Sequence record: DRR378314_778
Reading direction: 5' to 3' (one strand)
DNA: 64,000 nucleotides
Within the stretch, counting starts at the first letter, position 1; the number at the start of each line of letters is the position of its first letter. Below, piece by piece: positions 40,579-51,070 of this stretch. Both the position numbers and the translations under genes were made by a program. The notes below the pieces were generated by a model. That model did not search any database and was not told where the DNA came from. It saw only the letters and a program-made list of their open reading frames with translations.

Positions 40579-40701
40579 ATGATAACTGTATATTACGATG
40601 GTAAGTGCGGCCAATGCTCAAAGCAGATAGCTTATTACCTAAAGATAGCACCTGAGGATATTTTCATTTGGCAAGACATCGCGGTGTTTGCTGATCATTG
40701 A
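40579..40701 (+). pseudogene. Truncated DCC1-like (DUF393) thiol-disulfide oxidoreductase
   Basis: MITVYYDGKCGQC (DxxCxxC) ends after 40 aa at a TGA formed by the IS left end. Confidence 0.8.
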
Positions 40702-41914
40702 GGTGACCCTAGATTTGTGGATACCTTTTTGGCTAATTATGAGGCAAGGAGATTGCTATGGGCAAAGCCAGTTTCAGTGAAGATTTAAACGTGACGCGGT
40801 CTGCCAGATAACGGAACGCGGATACTCTGTTTCGGAAGTGTCGAAGCGTCTAGGTGTCAGTATACATTCTTTGTATGCCTGGAAGAAACAATTTTCAGCT
40901 ACACATGGAAGAGATGATAAGGATGTGGAGATACGTCGACTTAAACGTTAACTTGATAGGGTTGCCGAAGAAAGAGACATGTTAAAAAAGGCGGCGGCGT
41001 ACTTCGCTCAGGATGCAAAATGAAGTGCGCGTTTGTTGCTGCGCATCGCCCTTATTTTAGGGTTCGCACGATGTGCAAAATGCTCCGCATTCACCCAAGT
41101 GGATTTTACCCATGGCTTAAGCAGCCTTTCAGCAAGAGTGCTCGTGGGGATGCGCGCCAGACAGAACTGATCAAGTCAGCATGGCTGACCAGTGGCAAGG
41201 TATACGGCTATCGCAAACTGCATCATGACCTGCGAGATCAGGGTGAGGAATGCTCACCAAACCGTGTAGCACGTCTGGCAAGTCTGGAGGGTATCAAGGC
41301 ACAGCTGGGCTATAAACGGCGGCCCGGTCGTTATGGTGGCAAACCGGCTATTGTTGCAGATAATAAGGTTGCGCAGCAGCTCGATACAATTGCGCCGGAT
41401 CAGGTCTGGGTAACGGATATTGCCTATATTCGAACGCACGAAGGATGGAGCTATCTGGCCGTTGTCATCAATTTATTCTCCCGTCGCGTTATCGGCTGGT
41501 CAATGCAATCGAGGATGACGACAGAGTTTGCGTTACAAGCTTTGTTGATGGCGATCTGGCGCCGCAAACCACTACAGAAAGTCCATTATTCATTCTGACC
41601 AGGGAAGCCCGTTCACCAGCCTGGAATGGTAGACTTTCCTGCAGACCCACAACCTGGAAGTCAGCATGAGCCGTCGGGGCAATTGTCACGATAATGCCGT
41701 CGCGAAGAGCTTCTTCTAGCTGCTCAAGTGAGAGCGGATCAGGCGGAAAACTTATGCTACCAGACCGGAGGCCAGATCAGATGTGTTCGATTACATCGAG
41801 ATGTTCTATATTCCTGCACGCAGGCATACAAACAATGCGATGCTGTCACCCATCGAATATGAACGACAGCATAGAATGAACGAAGAAGGTGTCTAACAAA
41901 CCAGGGGGATCTCA
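40699..41914 (+). mobile_element. Degenerate IS3-family insertion sequence (1216 bp)
   Basis: TG...CA ends; 29-bp imperfect IRs (TGAGGTGACCCTAGATTTGTGGATACCTT vs reverse complement TGAGATCCCCCTGGTTTGTTAGACACCTT, 20/29); orfA-orfB with AAAAAAG slippery site near 40984. Confidence 0.9.
40758..41896 (+). pseudogene. IS3 transposase orfA/orfB, inactivated
   Basis: orfA MGKASFSED/KRDAVCQITERGYSV...LKKAAAYFA has a frameshift and an internal TAA; orfB has YGYRK and WVTDIAYI, then a frameshift at HSDQG and further stops. Confidence 0.87.
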
Positions 41915-42481
41915 TGTTTCGATGAGACGCACTTAAGACAGGTAAGACTCTTTGCCACAAATTTGCATTTTAGAATTCGTTTAGTGCGGTTATATGTAAT
42001 TTAGGGCAGCGAGATATCTTTGAAAATTTAGTGGATTAACAGTCCAAAAATATCTGTTTTTTTTTGATTTCGAAATAAAATCAAAATCAACTCTGCACTC
42101 GCTTAAGTGTTGACCGCATTAATCAAGATACGCCTCCTATTTTAATTTATCTACAAGTGAAAGAGTCGCTAAAGTTCTGTTATGGGCGCAAAAATGCGAA
42201 TATTCGGGCCGTAAATTTTCTAATTTTCCAAATTTTGATACTAGGTGGAATATCCAAATTTTTACTTGAAAATTCAAGTTATGGTTGCTGAATCATCTTG
42301 TTTTCTGCGATTCTTCAACTGAATTTGGACACTGTGAAATTGAAAAATATTTGACACGAATTGCTGATTACGCAATCCTGATCATAGGTACAAAAATTAA
42401 AAAACATCTAACAGAACACCTCAATATAGATTTCCCATTTTAATAAAAATCACGTTCGAACAATAACATTGGGTGGAAATA

Positions 42482-43621
42482 ATGAAAAAAATGACCTCGT
42501 TTTTACGAAGAGTTTCTCTTGCTGTGTGCTTGGGAGCCATTGCCGTTAGTACTGCAGCCGCAGACGAACATACAATCGGTGCCCTCTTTCCGTTGAGCGG
42601 TCCGAACGCTGTCTATGGTGACGTTTTCATGGCAGGTTCAGATTTAGCTGTAGAGCACATCAATGAAGACAAACTTTTGAGCGGCAAACTCTCAATTGCT
42701 TATGAAGACAGTCAGGGACTGCCACAACCTGCTGTTATAGGAATGACCAAACTGGTCAATGTGACAAACGTCCCTTACACCCTGTCCGCTTTTACTGGCG
42801 TGTCCAAAGCAATTTCAACCATTGGTCAGCGAAATTCTATTGTTGCTGTCAACGGTGGCGGAGTTGGACCTGACCTTGCGCGTCTTGGAGAATACTTCTG
42901 GAATGTTATTCCATTGGTGAGCCTGGAGGTTCAAGCTGTTGTTCCCTACCTTGTCAAGGAGCGCAACTTGAAGCGTATTGTGCTGGTTTATATCGACGAT
43001 CCTTTTGGAAACTCAATTCTGGAAGAATTGGAAACCGAGCTGGAAACGGCAGGCGGTGAGCTGGTTGAAACCATGTCTGTTCCGACTACAGCTCAGCAGT
43101 TTTCAGGTATTGCAGCCAAAGTTCGAGCTGCAAATGCAGATGCAGTTTATGTGGCAAGTTATGGTGCCCAGCAAATACAGATTGTTAAACAGCTGAGAGA
43201 TAATGGTGTGGAATCTCAGTTGATCACATATTCTGGATACGCTGTTCCTGATGCGATTGCGTTACCAGAATCCAACGGGATTATCATAACCGGCCAGAGC
43301 GTGAACTATGACTCCAATGATCCAGTGACAGCCCGTTTTGTGAAAGACTTCACAGCTAAGCATAACCGGGCCCCAACTGCCTACAATGTGAATTATTACA
43401 ATGCGACGAGACTATATGCATTGCTGGCACAAGCACTAGAAGCTGAAGGTAAAGAAGTCACCGGTGAAAATCTGTTGAAAAAACGTCTAGAAACCGAGAG
43501 TTTTGATCTGGTTGGCGGTACTGTTTCTTTTCAGGAAAATGGAACGTTGCTGTTCCCGATTAAAATCAACGTCATCAAAGATGGTAAAACTGAATCCCTG
43601 AAAACGGTATCCTACAACTAA
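42482..43621 (+). CDS. Branched-chain-type ABC substrate-binding protein
   Basis: Signal peptide, IGALFPLSGPNAVYG, YEDSQG; alternative GTG start at 42473. Confidence 0.9.
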   Translation: MKKMTSFLRRVSLAVCLGAIAVSTAAADEHTIGALFPLSGPNAVYGDVFMAGSDLAVEHINEDKLLSGKLSIAYEDSQGLPQPAVIGMTKLVNVTNVPYTLSAFTGVSKAISTIGQRNSIVAVNGGGVGPDLARLGEYFWNVIPLVSLEVQAVVPYLVKERNLKRIVLVYIDDPFGNSILEELETELETAGGELVETMSVPTTAQQFSGIAAKVRAANADAVYVASYGAQQIQIVKQLRDNGVESQLITYSGYAVPDAIALPESNGIIITGQSVNYDSNDPVTARFVKDFTAKHNRAPTAYNVNYYNATRLYALLAQALEAEGKEVTGENLLKKRLETESFDLVGGTVSFQENGTLLFPIKINVIKDGKTESLKTVSYN

Positions 43622-43637
43622 CAGACGGAATTCCAAG

Positions 43638-44507
43638 ATGCTTGCTCTGCAGTTGGCCATTACGGGCCTGCAAACAGGTGCCGTGTACGCACTGACCGCG
43701 GTTGGATTCTCGTTGATCTTTGGATCAACGAGAATCTTCCATTTCTCCCACGGGGCGACGTTTATCATCGCAGCCTATTTGTTTTATTTCATGAATGTAA
43801 ACGAATATGGCGTAGTTCTGGCTATTCTAGTTTCGGCCAGTGGGGCGATTGCCTTTGGCCTTTTGATGTATCGGCTGGTCTATGTCCCTATTCAAAGGGA
43901 TGAGGGGTCCTTCTTTACTGTCTTTGTTGCCTCCTTTGGAATTGGCATAGTGGTACAGAATGTGATCGGCATGGTTTTTGGCCGTGGTTATGTTGCAGTC
44001 CAAACATCTTTGTCCAAATCGGTTCAAGTGGCGGAGGGGCTGTATATTGCGCCTCTGGCCTGGATCGCGATTGTCTGTGCGGTGGTCTTTTTTGCGGCTC
44101 TCTGGTATTTCCTGCGTTTTAGTACCACTGGAATGGCCTTGAGGGCGTTGGCCGACAACCCTGAACTTGTCAGCGTGTTTGGTTTGAATCCGAAATTTAT
44201 TTCCGCCTGTGCATTTACGATTGGTTCCGTCTTGGTTGTTCCTGCGGCGATTATTGCAGGAGCGACGCAGGGGTTGAATCCGGCGATGGGCCACCATGTG
44301 ATGTTGATTTCATTGGCAGCAACCATCGTTGGTGGAATTGGGAGTGTAACAGGGACGTTGATCGCGGGTTTGGTCTTGGGGTTGGCGGAAAGCCTTGCGC
44401 TTTTGTATGTGGATTCTCAATGGACCGAAGCCGTGACCTTTGCCATTTTATTCCTCTTTATTTTGATGCGTCCATCCGGCCTACTTGGCCGTTCTGTAAC
44501 TCACTAA
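43638..44507 (+). CDS. ABC permease (LivH-like)
   Basis: GFSLIFGSTRIFHFSHG, IVGGIGS, RPSGLLG. Confidence 0.92.
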   Translation: MLALQLAITGLQTGAVYALTAVGFSLIFGSTRIFHFSHGATFIIAAYLFYFMNVNEYGVVLAILVSASGAIAFGLLMYRLVYVPIQRDEGSFFTVFVASFGIGIVVQNVIGMVFGRGYVAVQTSLSKSVQVAEGLYIAPLAWIAIVCAVVFFAALWYFLRFSTTGMALRALADNPELVSVFGLNPKFISACAFTIGSVLVVPAAIIAGATQGLNPAMGHHVMLISLAATIVGGIGSVTGTLIAGLVLGLAESLALLYVDSQWTEAVTFAILFLFILMRPSGLLGRSVTH

Positions 44508-44522
44508 GGAAGGAACAGGATT

Positions 44523-45422
44523 ATGGAAGCATATATTCTCAACCTTGCCATACTGATTTCGATCTTCTCCATTCTCGCCGTCACTCTTAATTTTATTATG
44601 GGCTATGCTGGCATTTATTCACTGGCACATGCTGTGTTTTTTGGGGTCGGTGCGTATGCAGGATCTTACACTGCTTTAAATTTTAGCTCCTCCATCTTTG
44701 TGACAGTCCCGGTAGCTATGCTTGTCGGTGCAGCTCTCTCGTTAGTCCTTGCGTTACCGGCGTTGCGGGTTCGCGGAGAGTATTTTGTGGCAGCGTCACT
44801 CGGCTTACAGGTACTTGCTGTCACCATTTTTTCGGAATGGAAAGCCGTTACGGGTGGTATCGGCGGCCTGATCGGGATTCCACCAGTTAATATTGGTGGT
44901 GTGGATATCTTTAAGCCGGGCGAGTTCATTTTTCTGACGATTGGAACGTTGGTTGTGGTTTTGGTTCTCGTCAACAGACTGGTTCATTCCAGCTTTGGCC
45001 GGAGTCTGAAAGCTATCCGCGATAGCGAAAGCGCCGCCGCCGCATTTGGAAAAAACGTGCCGCTGATCAAGACGTTATCCGTAGTGATTTCAGCTTCCTT
45101 GGCCGCCGTTGCCGGTGCATTGTATGCAAGCTATCTGGCGTTTATCAATGTGGAAAGCTTCATGCTGGACACCTCCGTCTTGATTATGGCGATGGTCATT
45201 ATTGGCGGAACAGGAACGCAGGTGGGACCGATTGTAGGTGCGGCATTATTGCTACTGCTGCCGAGTATGATCAGTTACTTGAGTTTTCTACCGCAAACGG
45301 AAATCGGGTCTATTCAACAGATAATCTATGGGTTGGGCATGACATTGCTCATGATCTATCGACCTGGCGGGATTATTGGCCGCAAGAAAGCAACGTCTGG
45401 TGAAGGAGCAGCAAATGATTAA
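44523..45422 (+). CDS. ABC permease (LivM-like)
   Basis: GYAGIYSLAHA, RVRGEYF, FGRSLKAIRD, RPGG. Confidence 0.92.
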   Translation: MEAYILNLAILISIFSILAVTLNFIMGYAGIYSLAHAVFFGVGAYAGSYTALNFSSSIFVTVPVAMLVGAALSLVLALPALRVRGEYFVAASLGLQVLAVTIFSEWKAVTGGIGGLIGIPPVNIGGVDIFKPGEFIFLTIGTLVVVLVLVNRLVHSSFGRSLKAIRDSESAAAAFGKNVPLIKTLSVVISASLAAVAGALYASYLAFINVESFMLDTSVLIMAMVIIGGTGTQVGPIVGAALLLLLPSMISYLSFLPQTEIGSIQQIIYGLGMTLLMIYRPGGIIGRKKATSGEGAAND

Positions 45423-46179
45423 TGCTTCCACGGAAAACCCTGAAATCCTTATGGAAATTCGAAACCTGAATAAATCTTTTGGCGGCGTTAAAGCTGTAGA
45501 CGATGTGAGTATGGATCTTCGTTCAGGTATTGTAACCACACTTGTTGGGCCAAATGGTGCGGGTAAAACTACCTTCTTCAATCTGATTACGGGCGAGCTT
45601 ACAAAGGACACAGGATCCATTCAGTGGCTGGGTCAGAAGATTGACAAAATTAAACCCTATCAGGCGTCCCGCCGCGGAATTATGCGGACCTTTCAGGACC
45701 TGCGACTGTTTAATGGTATGACTGTCGAGGAAAATATTCTGACGTCTCTGGAAGCAAATTCATTCCCAAGACTCATGAGCTCATCCGACCGGGAACATCA
45801 ACGCAATCGTGTTGAATATGCTTTAGAGCGTACTGGATTGGTAAATAAGCGGCATACTTTGGCCAATGATCTGGCATATGCAGAGCGGAAATTCCTATCG
45901 ATGGCGCGCATTCTGGCGACAGAGGCACGCCTTTGGCTTCTTGATGAACCGGCGTCCGGGTTGGACCCTCAATCATATGACCTGTTTCTCGATATTCTGC
46001 GGGTGGAAGTCAAAAAAGGCGTAACTGTCTGCATTATTGAACATAATTTGGATATTGTGATCAACATTTCTGATCGCATCGCATTTTTAGACCGTGGCCG
46101 CCTACTTGCTGATGGTGATCCAGAAACAGTTTTGAATGATCCGGAATTGACCGCCATCTATTTTGGAGAACGCGCATGA
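45415..46179 (+). CDS. ABC ATPase (LivG-like)
   Basis: GPNGAGKTT, RTFQ, LLDEPASGL, IEHN. Confidence 0.92.
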   Translation: MINASTENPEILMEIRNLNKSFGGVKAVDDVSMDLRSGIVTTLVGPNGAGKTTFFNLITGELTKDTGSIQWLGQKIDKIKPYQASRRGIMRTFQDLRLFNGMTVEENILTSLEANSFPRLMSSSDREHQRNRVEYALERTGLVNKRHTLANDLAYAERKFLSMARILATEARLWLLDEPASGLDPQSYDLFLDILRVEVKKGVTVCIIEHNLDIVINISDRIAFLDRGRLLADGDPETVLNDPELTAIYFGERA

Positions 46180-46892
46180 GCGATAACGTGATTATGAAAG
46201 CTGATCAAATCACTGCGGGATATGGCGGGCGCCCCGTCATTAACGATATTTCGGTTTCCTTACAGGTGAATGAGGTTCTGTGTCTGATCGGGCATAACGG
46301 TGCTGGTAAATCAACCCTGCTCAAAAGTCTGTTTGGATTGTTGCCTCCGAAGTCTGGCACTGTTCTTTTGGAAAACCAGAACATTACGTCAGAATCGCCG
46401 CGCGAAAGATCAGATCGTGGTATCGCGATGGTGCCAGAGGGACGTGGTGTTTTCCCAAGCTTAAGTGTGAAGGATATTTTTACACTGGGGATGCAATCTA
46501 CAGGTGTTCCTAAAACTGAGCAGCAGGATCGTGTTGATTGGGTCTTGGAAATTCTTCCTGCCATTCGCGAGTTCATGCAGCGATCTGCAGGGACCTTATC
46601 AGGTGGACAACAGCAAATGGTTTCCATTGGGCGCGCGCTGCTCAATCGGCCTCGCATTCTATTAATGGATGAACCCTCAATTGGTCTTGCGCCAAAATTG
46701 TTTCAGGATCTATTGGGCCCTATCCGCGACTTACAAAAACGAGAAGGTTTTTCAATCTTGCTGGTCGAACAGAATGTGCGTGAAGCGTTGAAAATATCCG
46801 ACAGAGTTGTGGTGATGAAATCAGGTGCAATGATTTGGGAAGGGATTCCTGATGATTTGCAAGATAACAAAAAACTGATGGAATTATACTAA
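46176..46892 (+). CDS. ABC ATPase (LivF-like)
   Basis: GHNGAGKST, LSGGQQQ, LMDEPSIGLAP, VEQN. Confidence 0.93.
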   Translation: MSDNVIMKADQITAGYGGRPVINDISVSLQVNEVLCLIGHNGAGKSTLLKSLFGLLPPKSGTVLLENQNITSESPRERSDRGIAMVPEGRGVFPSLSVKDIFTLGMQSTGVPKTEQQDRVDWVLEILPAIREFMQRSAGTLSGGQQQMVSIGRALLNRPRILLMDEPSIGLAPKLFQDLLGPIRDLQKREGFSILLVEQNVREALKISDRVVVMKSGAMIWEGIPDDLQDNKKLMELY

Positions 46893-48505
46893 TGTCCTTT
46901 TCAGATTTGAGTTTTGATAGTGCGCTTGATGACCGTGTGCGCCAGCAAAAAGCCGGTGATCAGCGTCCTATCTTTATCGAAGAGAACGGGAACTCTATTT
47001 ATCCAGACGAGTTCGACCAAATGGTCGACAAAACATCCGCCTGGCTAACTTCTGTTGGGATTGCTGAGGGGGACCGAGTTGCTGTTTGGTTGCCAAATAA
47101 ACTTGAATGGATGCTGTTCTTGTTTGGCTGCGCGCGGATTGGTGCGATTGTTGTTGCCGTGAATACTCGGTATCGGACATCCGAATTACAACATATTTTG
47201 CGGTCCAGTGGTGCCCGGATTCTCATTTTTGATGAGTCCAACCGATATTCCAATTACCACGAACTTATTTCGGAACTAGACTTTTTACCACTGACTGAAT
47301 TGCGTCGCTTTGTGACTTTAAGTGATAAGGACGCAGATCAACTGCCTATTAACGGTATATCAGTAGAAAAATTCGACCGACAGACTTTGCCAGAGCAGCC
47401 TTTAACACGAAAAGGGCAGCCAGATAGCCTTGTTGCTCTCTTTACCACATCCGGGACTACTAACTTGCCCAAACTGGTTGCGCATCAACAGCAAACGCTG
47501 GCCTGGCACGCCAATCAATGTGTGAAGAGCTTTGGGTTTAGCGGACAGAAAACAGGTTATCTTGCTGTTATGCCATTTTGTGGTGTCTTCGGTTTAACCC
47601 CGACACTGGCCAGTGTTGCAGGTGGCGTACCAATATATTTGAACGAAGTTTTTAATCTTGAGCTGGTCCTCAAAACCGCCAAAAAAAACGTCATTACCCA
47701 TATGTTTGGAAGTGACGAGATGTTTATTCAAATGTGGACTGCTGACCAATCAGTTTTTCAGAATGCTCAAATATGTGGTTTTGCTTCATTTACTCCTGGG
47801 ACAGAAGAGTCCTTATCTAAAATTGCGGCGGCTGGAGTTCCGTTGGCCGGCCTTTATGGGGCTAGTGAATTAAATGCACTCTATTCTGTTCAGTCATTGA
47901 ATTTACCAATTGCCGAGCGTTTGCGGGGTGGAGGTGTTCCGGCGGCTGGCAATGCGGCTCATATTAGGGTCCGAAATCCGGATACGGGACAACTGTGCCG
48001 GATCGATGAGATTGGAATTCTTGAATTTAGAACAGCCGGTAACTTCGTCGGCTATTACCAAAATGAAGAAGCGACACAAAAAGCAATTGATGCCGAAGGC
48101 TATTTCGTGAGCGGGGATGCGGGATATATTCGTGAGGATGGTAGCTTTGTCTATCTGGCCCGAAATGGTGACTTTCTAAGATTGTCAGGCTTTTTAACCG
48201 ATCCAAAAGAGATTGAAGAGGTTATTGAAGGGTGTTTGGGGATCGAAAAGTGCCAGGTTGTTGGTATACAGGTTGAGGGAAAAACCAGAACCGTCGCTTT
48301 TGTTCTTGCCGCAGAACACTCATTTGATGAGGCAAATTTACTGGCTCAGGCTCAGGATCAATTGGCACATTACAAGGTACCTATGCGTATCTTGAAACTG
48401 GACGCTTTCCCTACAACGGAAAGTGCCAATGGACTAAAAATTCAGAAAAATAAATTGCGCGAATTAGCTGAAGCTGTGTGCTTGCAATCAGAAAGTGTGT
48501 CTTGA
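46892..48505 (+). CDS. AMP-dependent acyl-CoA synthetase
   Basis: FTTSGTTNLPK, YGASE, SGDAG, LAHYKVP, KIQK adenylation motifs. Confidence 0.92.
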   Translation: MSFSDLSFDSALDDRVRQQKAGDQRPIFIEENGNSIYPDEFDQMVDKTSAWLTSVGIAEGDRVAVWLPNKLEWMLFLFGCARIGAIVVAVNTRYRTSELQHILRSSGARILIFDESNRYSNYHELISELDFLPLTELRRFVTLSDKDADQLPINGISVEKFDRQTLPEQPLTRKGQPDSLVALFTTSGTTNLPKLVAHQQQTLAWHANQCVKSFGFSGQKTGYLAVMPFCGVFGLTPTLASVAGGVPIYLNEVFNLELVLKTAKKNVITHMFGSDEMFIQMWTADQSVFQNAQICGFASFTPGTEESLSKIAAAGVPLAGLYGASELNALYSVQSLNLPIAERLRGGGVPAAGNAAHIRVRNPDTGQLCRIDEIGILEFRTAGNFVGYYQNEEATQKAIDAEGYFVSGDAGYIREDGSFVYLARNGDFLRLSGFLTDPKEIEEVIEGCLGIEKCQVVGIQVEGKTRTVAFVLAAEHSFDEANLLAQAQDQLAHYKVPMRILKLDAFPTTESANGLKIQKNKLRELAEAVCLQSESVS

Positions 48506-48957
48506 TGTCTACTCATTATTATGCAGATTTTGAAAAGGGACAGGTTTTCAAATCGCAAGCCAGAACCATGACTGAAACAGACCTCACTATGTTCTCAATG
48601 CTGACAGGCGACTGGAACCCGGTGCATAATGATACTGAGTTTGCCAGCAAGACCAAATATGGCCAAAGACTGATTCACGGGGCCTTCGGGGTTGGTCTTG
48701 CCTTGGGATTGATGCATGGCATGGGGATCTTTGAAGACAGTGCCGTTGCTATGCTCGGTATTAAAGATTGGCAGTTTAAGAAGCCAATGTTTATCGGTGA
48801 CACCCTGCATCTTCGCTTAACCATTCTGGATAAAGAGCTTGGCAAGTCTGGAAATACGGGGCGTATTGATCGTTTGTTTGAACTGGTTGATAAAGATGGT
48901 GAAGTCGTGCACAGTGGACAATCGTCTGTTTTGGTGCGGGTTAATCCAGCGGCGTGA
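48505..48957 (+). CDS. MaoC-like (R)-hydratase/dehydratase
   Basis: FSMLTGDWNPVHND...RLIHG, FKKPMFIGDTL. Confidence 0.9.
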   Translation: MSTHYYADFEKGQVFKSQARTMTETDLTMFSMLTGDWNPVHNDTEFASKTKYGQRLIHGAFGVGLALGLMHGMGIFEDSAVAMLGIKDWQFKKPMFIGDTLHLRLTILDKELGKSGNTGRIDRLFELVDKDGEVVHSGQSSVLVRVNPAA

Positions 48958-49435
48958 TTTTTCAGTCCTAATGGTGTTTTAGCTCAAATCTTTTGTGTAC
49001 TTAATTGTGATGAAGTCTGTCCCAGTCTTCGTTTTGAGGTGATGAGTGTCCCGTTTTGTAAGACGGTCCCTGTTTCGCCTGATCACTTTCCCTCAAATCG
49101 CTAAGGTTCTTCGTATACGTGGCGATCCGCGGCCCGTGTTCTTTTACACAGGCGGCAACTTTTTATAGGTAGTGGCTGCAAATGGGCAGACAGTTGCATT
49201 AGATTTATCGAATAATTATCCCGGTTTGATCGCAAACGGGATTACGAATATTGGAAGCATAATGAGCATATTCCGAACGGGGAACCTGCACATGTTGCCG
49301 GTAATCCTCTGCGCATGGAAACAGCATATTTTCTGACTTTTCTGCCTTGCTTTCTTAAAAATCTAGCGCGAAAGCTGAGTTAAGAAACTCTGACTGAATG
49401 GTGCTGGAGTTTTCAGAAAAGAAGGAACAATAAGA

Positions 49436-50551
49436 ATGAAAAACAAACTTTGCGAAATGTTTGGTATTGATGTGCCCATCTTTGCGTTTTCCCATTGCCG
49501 GGATGTGGTTGTTGAGGTTTCCAAAGCAGGTGGTCTTGGGGTGTTGGGTTTGGCACGTATGGATCCGGAAAGGCTTGAAGAGGAGTTGAACTGGATCGAC
49601 GCGCATATTGAGGGCAAGCCATACGGTGTCGATGTGTTGATGTCTGGTAACGTTGAAGATGCGGGGGATTTGAAATATGAACCTGAAAAATTATTGCCAA
49701 AAGAGCAGGTCGATTTTGTTCTACAAATGTTGGATGAAGCTGGCGTCCCACCGCTACCACTTGCGGAGGAGGAAAGCATTCGGCGTGATATTGTGAAAGG
49801 CATGAATTTCACACCTCGTGAAAGTCTGGACATGATAGAAAGAGCAATGAGCCATCCCATAAAGCTAATTGTCAATGCGCTGGGAACACCACCCCCTCAT
49901 CTAATTGACCGGGCTCATAAAAAAGGGATCAAAGTTGCGGCCTTGGCCGGCAAACCCCGGCATGCCATTAAACATAAAGAAGCGGGTTGTGATTTTGTGA
50001 TTGCTGTTGGCACTGAAGCCGGCGGCCATACCGGGGAGGTGTCCTCTCTGGTTTTATGGCCAAGTATCGTGGATGCGGTAGATCCAATGCCGGTGCTTGG
50101 AGGCGGTGGTGTTGGTCGGGGGCGGCAACTTGCAGCGGCTTTATCATTGGGGTGCGAAGGTGTGTGGTGTGGCTCTATCTGGCTGAAAACGGTTCAAAGT
50201 GAAGTGACGCCGGAAATTAAAGACAAGATGTTTGCAGCAGAAGCCAGTGATGCCGTTTTAACGCGCAGTGTCACCGGAAAGCCTTGCCGGACGCTGGATA
50301 ATAAATTCTCAGAAGCCTGGACAAAGCCCGGTGCGCCGGATTATCTGCCAGCGCCTCTCCAGAATTATTTGTGGTGGCAGGAAGGTCGCGCGCGGGTTGA
50401 ACGGGTGCGTGCCAGAGATTTTTTGACCTATCCGGTTGGACAGATCGTCGGTGATATGACAGCAGAGACAAGCGTCAAAGAAGTCGTTTACGAATTTATT
50501 GAAGAAATGCTGGCCGCCAAAGAACGGGTGGACCGAATGCTGGGCGACTAG
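49436..50551 (+). CDS. Nitronate monooxygenase / FabK-like FMN oxidoreductase
   Basis: PIFAFSHCRDVV, GGLGVLG, GTEAGGHTG, GVWCGSIWL. Confidence 0.88.
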   Translation: MKNKLCEMFGIDVPIFAFSHCRDVVVEVSKAGGLGVLGLARMDPERLEEELNWIDAHIEGKPYGVDVLMSGNVEDAGDLKYEPEKLLPKEQVDFVLQMLDEAGVPPLPLAEEESIRRDIVKGMNFTPRESLDMIERAMSHPIKLIVNALGTPPPHLIDRAHKKGIKVAALAGKPRHAIKHKEAGCDFVIAVGTEAGGHTGEVSSLVLWPSIVDAVDPMPVLGGGGVGRGRQLAAALSLGCEGVWCGSIWLKTVQSEVTPEIKDKMFAAEASDAVLTRSVTGKPCRTLDNKFSEAWTKPGAPDYLPAPLQNYLWWQEGRARVERVRARDFLTYPVGQIVGDMTAETSVKEVVYEFIEEMLAAKERVDRMLGD

Positions 50552-50567
50552 CCATTTGATAGGAGTG

Positions 50568-50604
50568 GTCAGGCTCTGCAGTCAGGCTGCAGAGCCTGGC
50601 TTTA
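50568..50604 (+). terminator. Probable intrinsic terminator
   Basis: GTCAGGCTCTGCAG-TCAGG-CTGCAGAGCCTGGC followed by TTTA. Confidence 0.65.
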
Positions 50605-51070
50605 TTCCGCGTAACATTTTTGGCAGTGTAAAATTGTGTTCATTGCCGCTCACTCTGTCCTTCGTCACTTCAGTGAATTGGTATGCTGATGTGCGCCTGG
50701 AGTAATGTTTCATTATGATCATGGAATTCAGGCTTTTAAGGGAAAGATTTTCATCTCAGACGACCCGCAAACCTTTCGTTGACCAAAAGCTTGGGAATGT
50801 TTCGCGGCTAACGTTCCCAGAACAGCCCTAACGACTTCACGATATGTTCCGCAGATCCATCCTTCTGTCCTAAAATTTCTAGCAATTATTTCGGATGTTT
50901 GTTGAAAATAACAAAAGAACAGTATATAGGTCTTTATAGGAAAAAATAAAACCGGAGCTCATCCGGTATGCGTTTTACTTGCTCACCCGGCTATTTTCCC
51001 GTCCATCGTCAACCGGACAATTCCAATTCGCTGGGTTTAAAAGATCAAGGTGATACGTGGGGAGTGGCAA

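Noticed and set aside
48958-49435. Long intergenic region considered for a riboswitch or sRNA
   Set aside because: No known aptamer signature or convincing long stems identified
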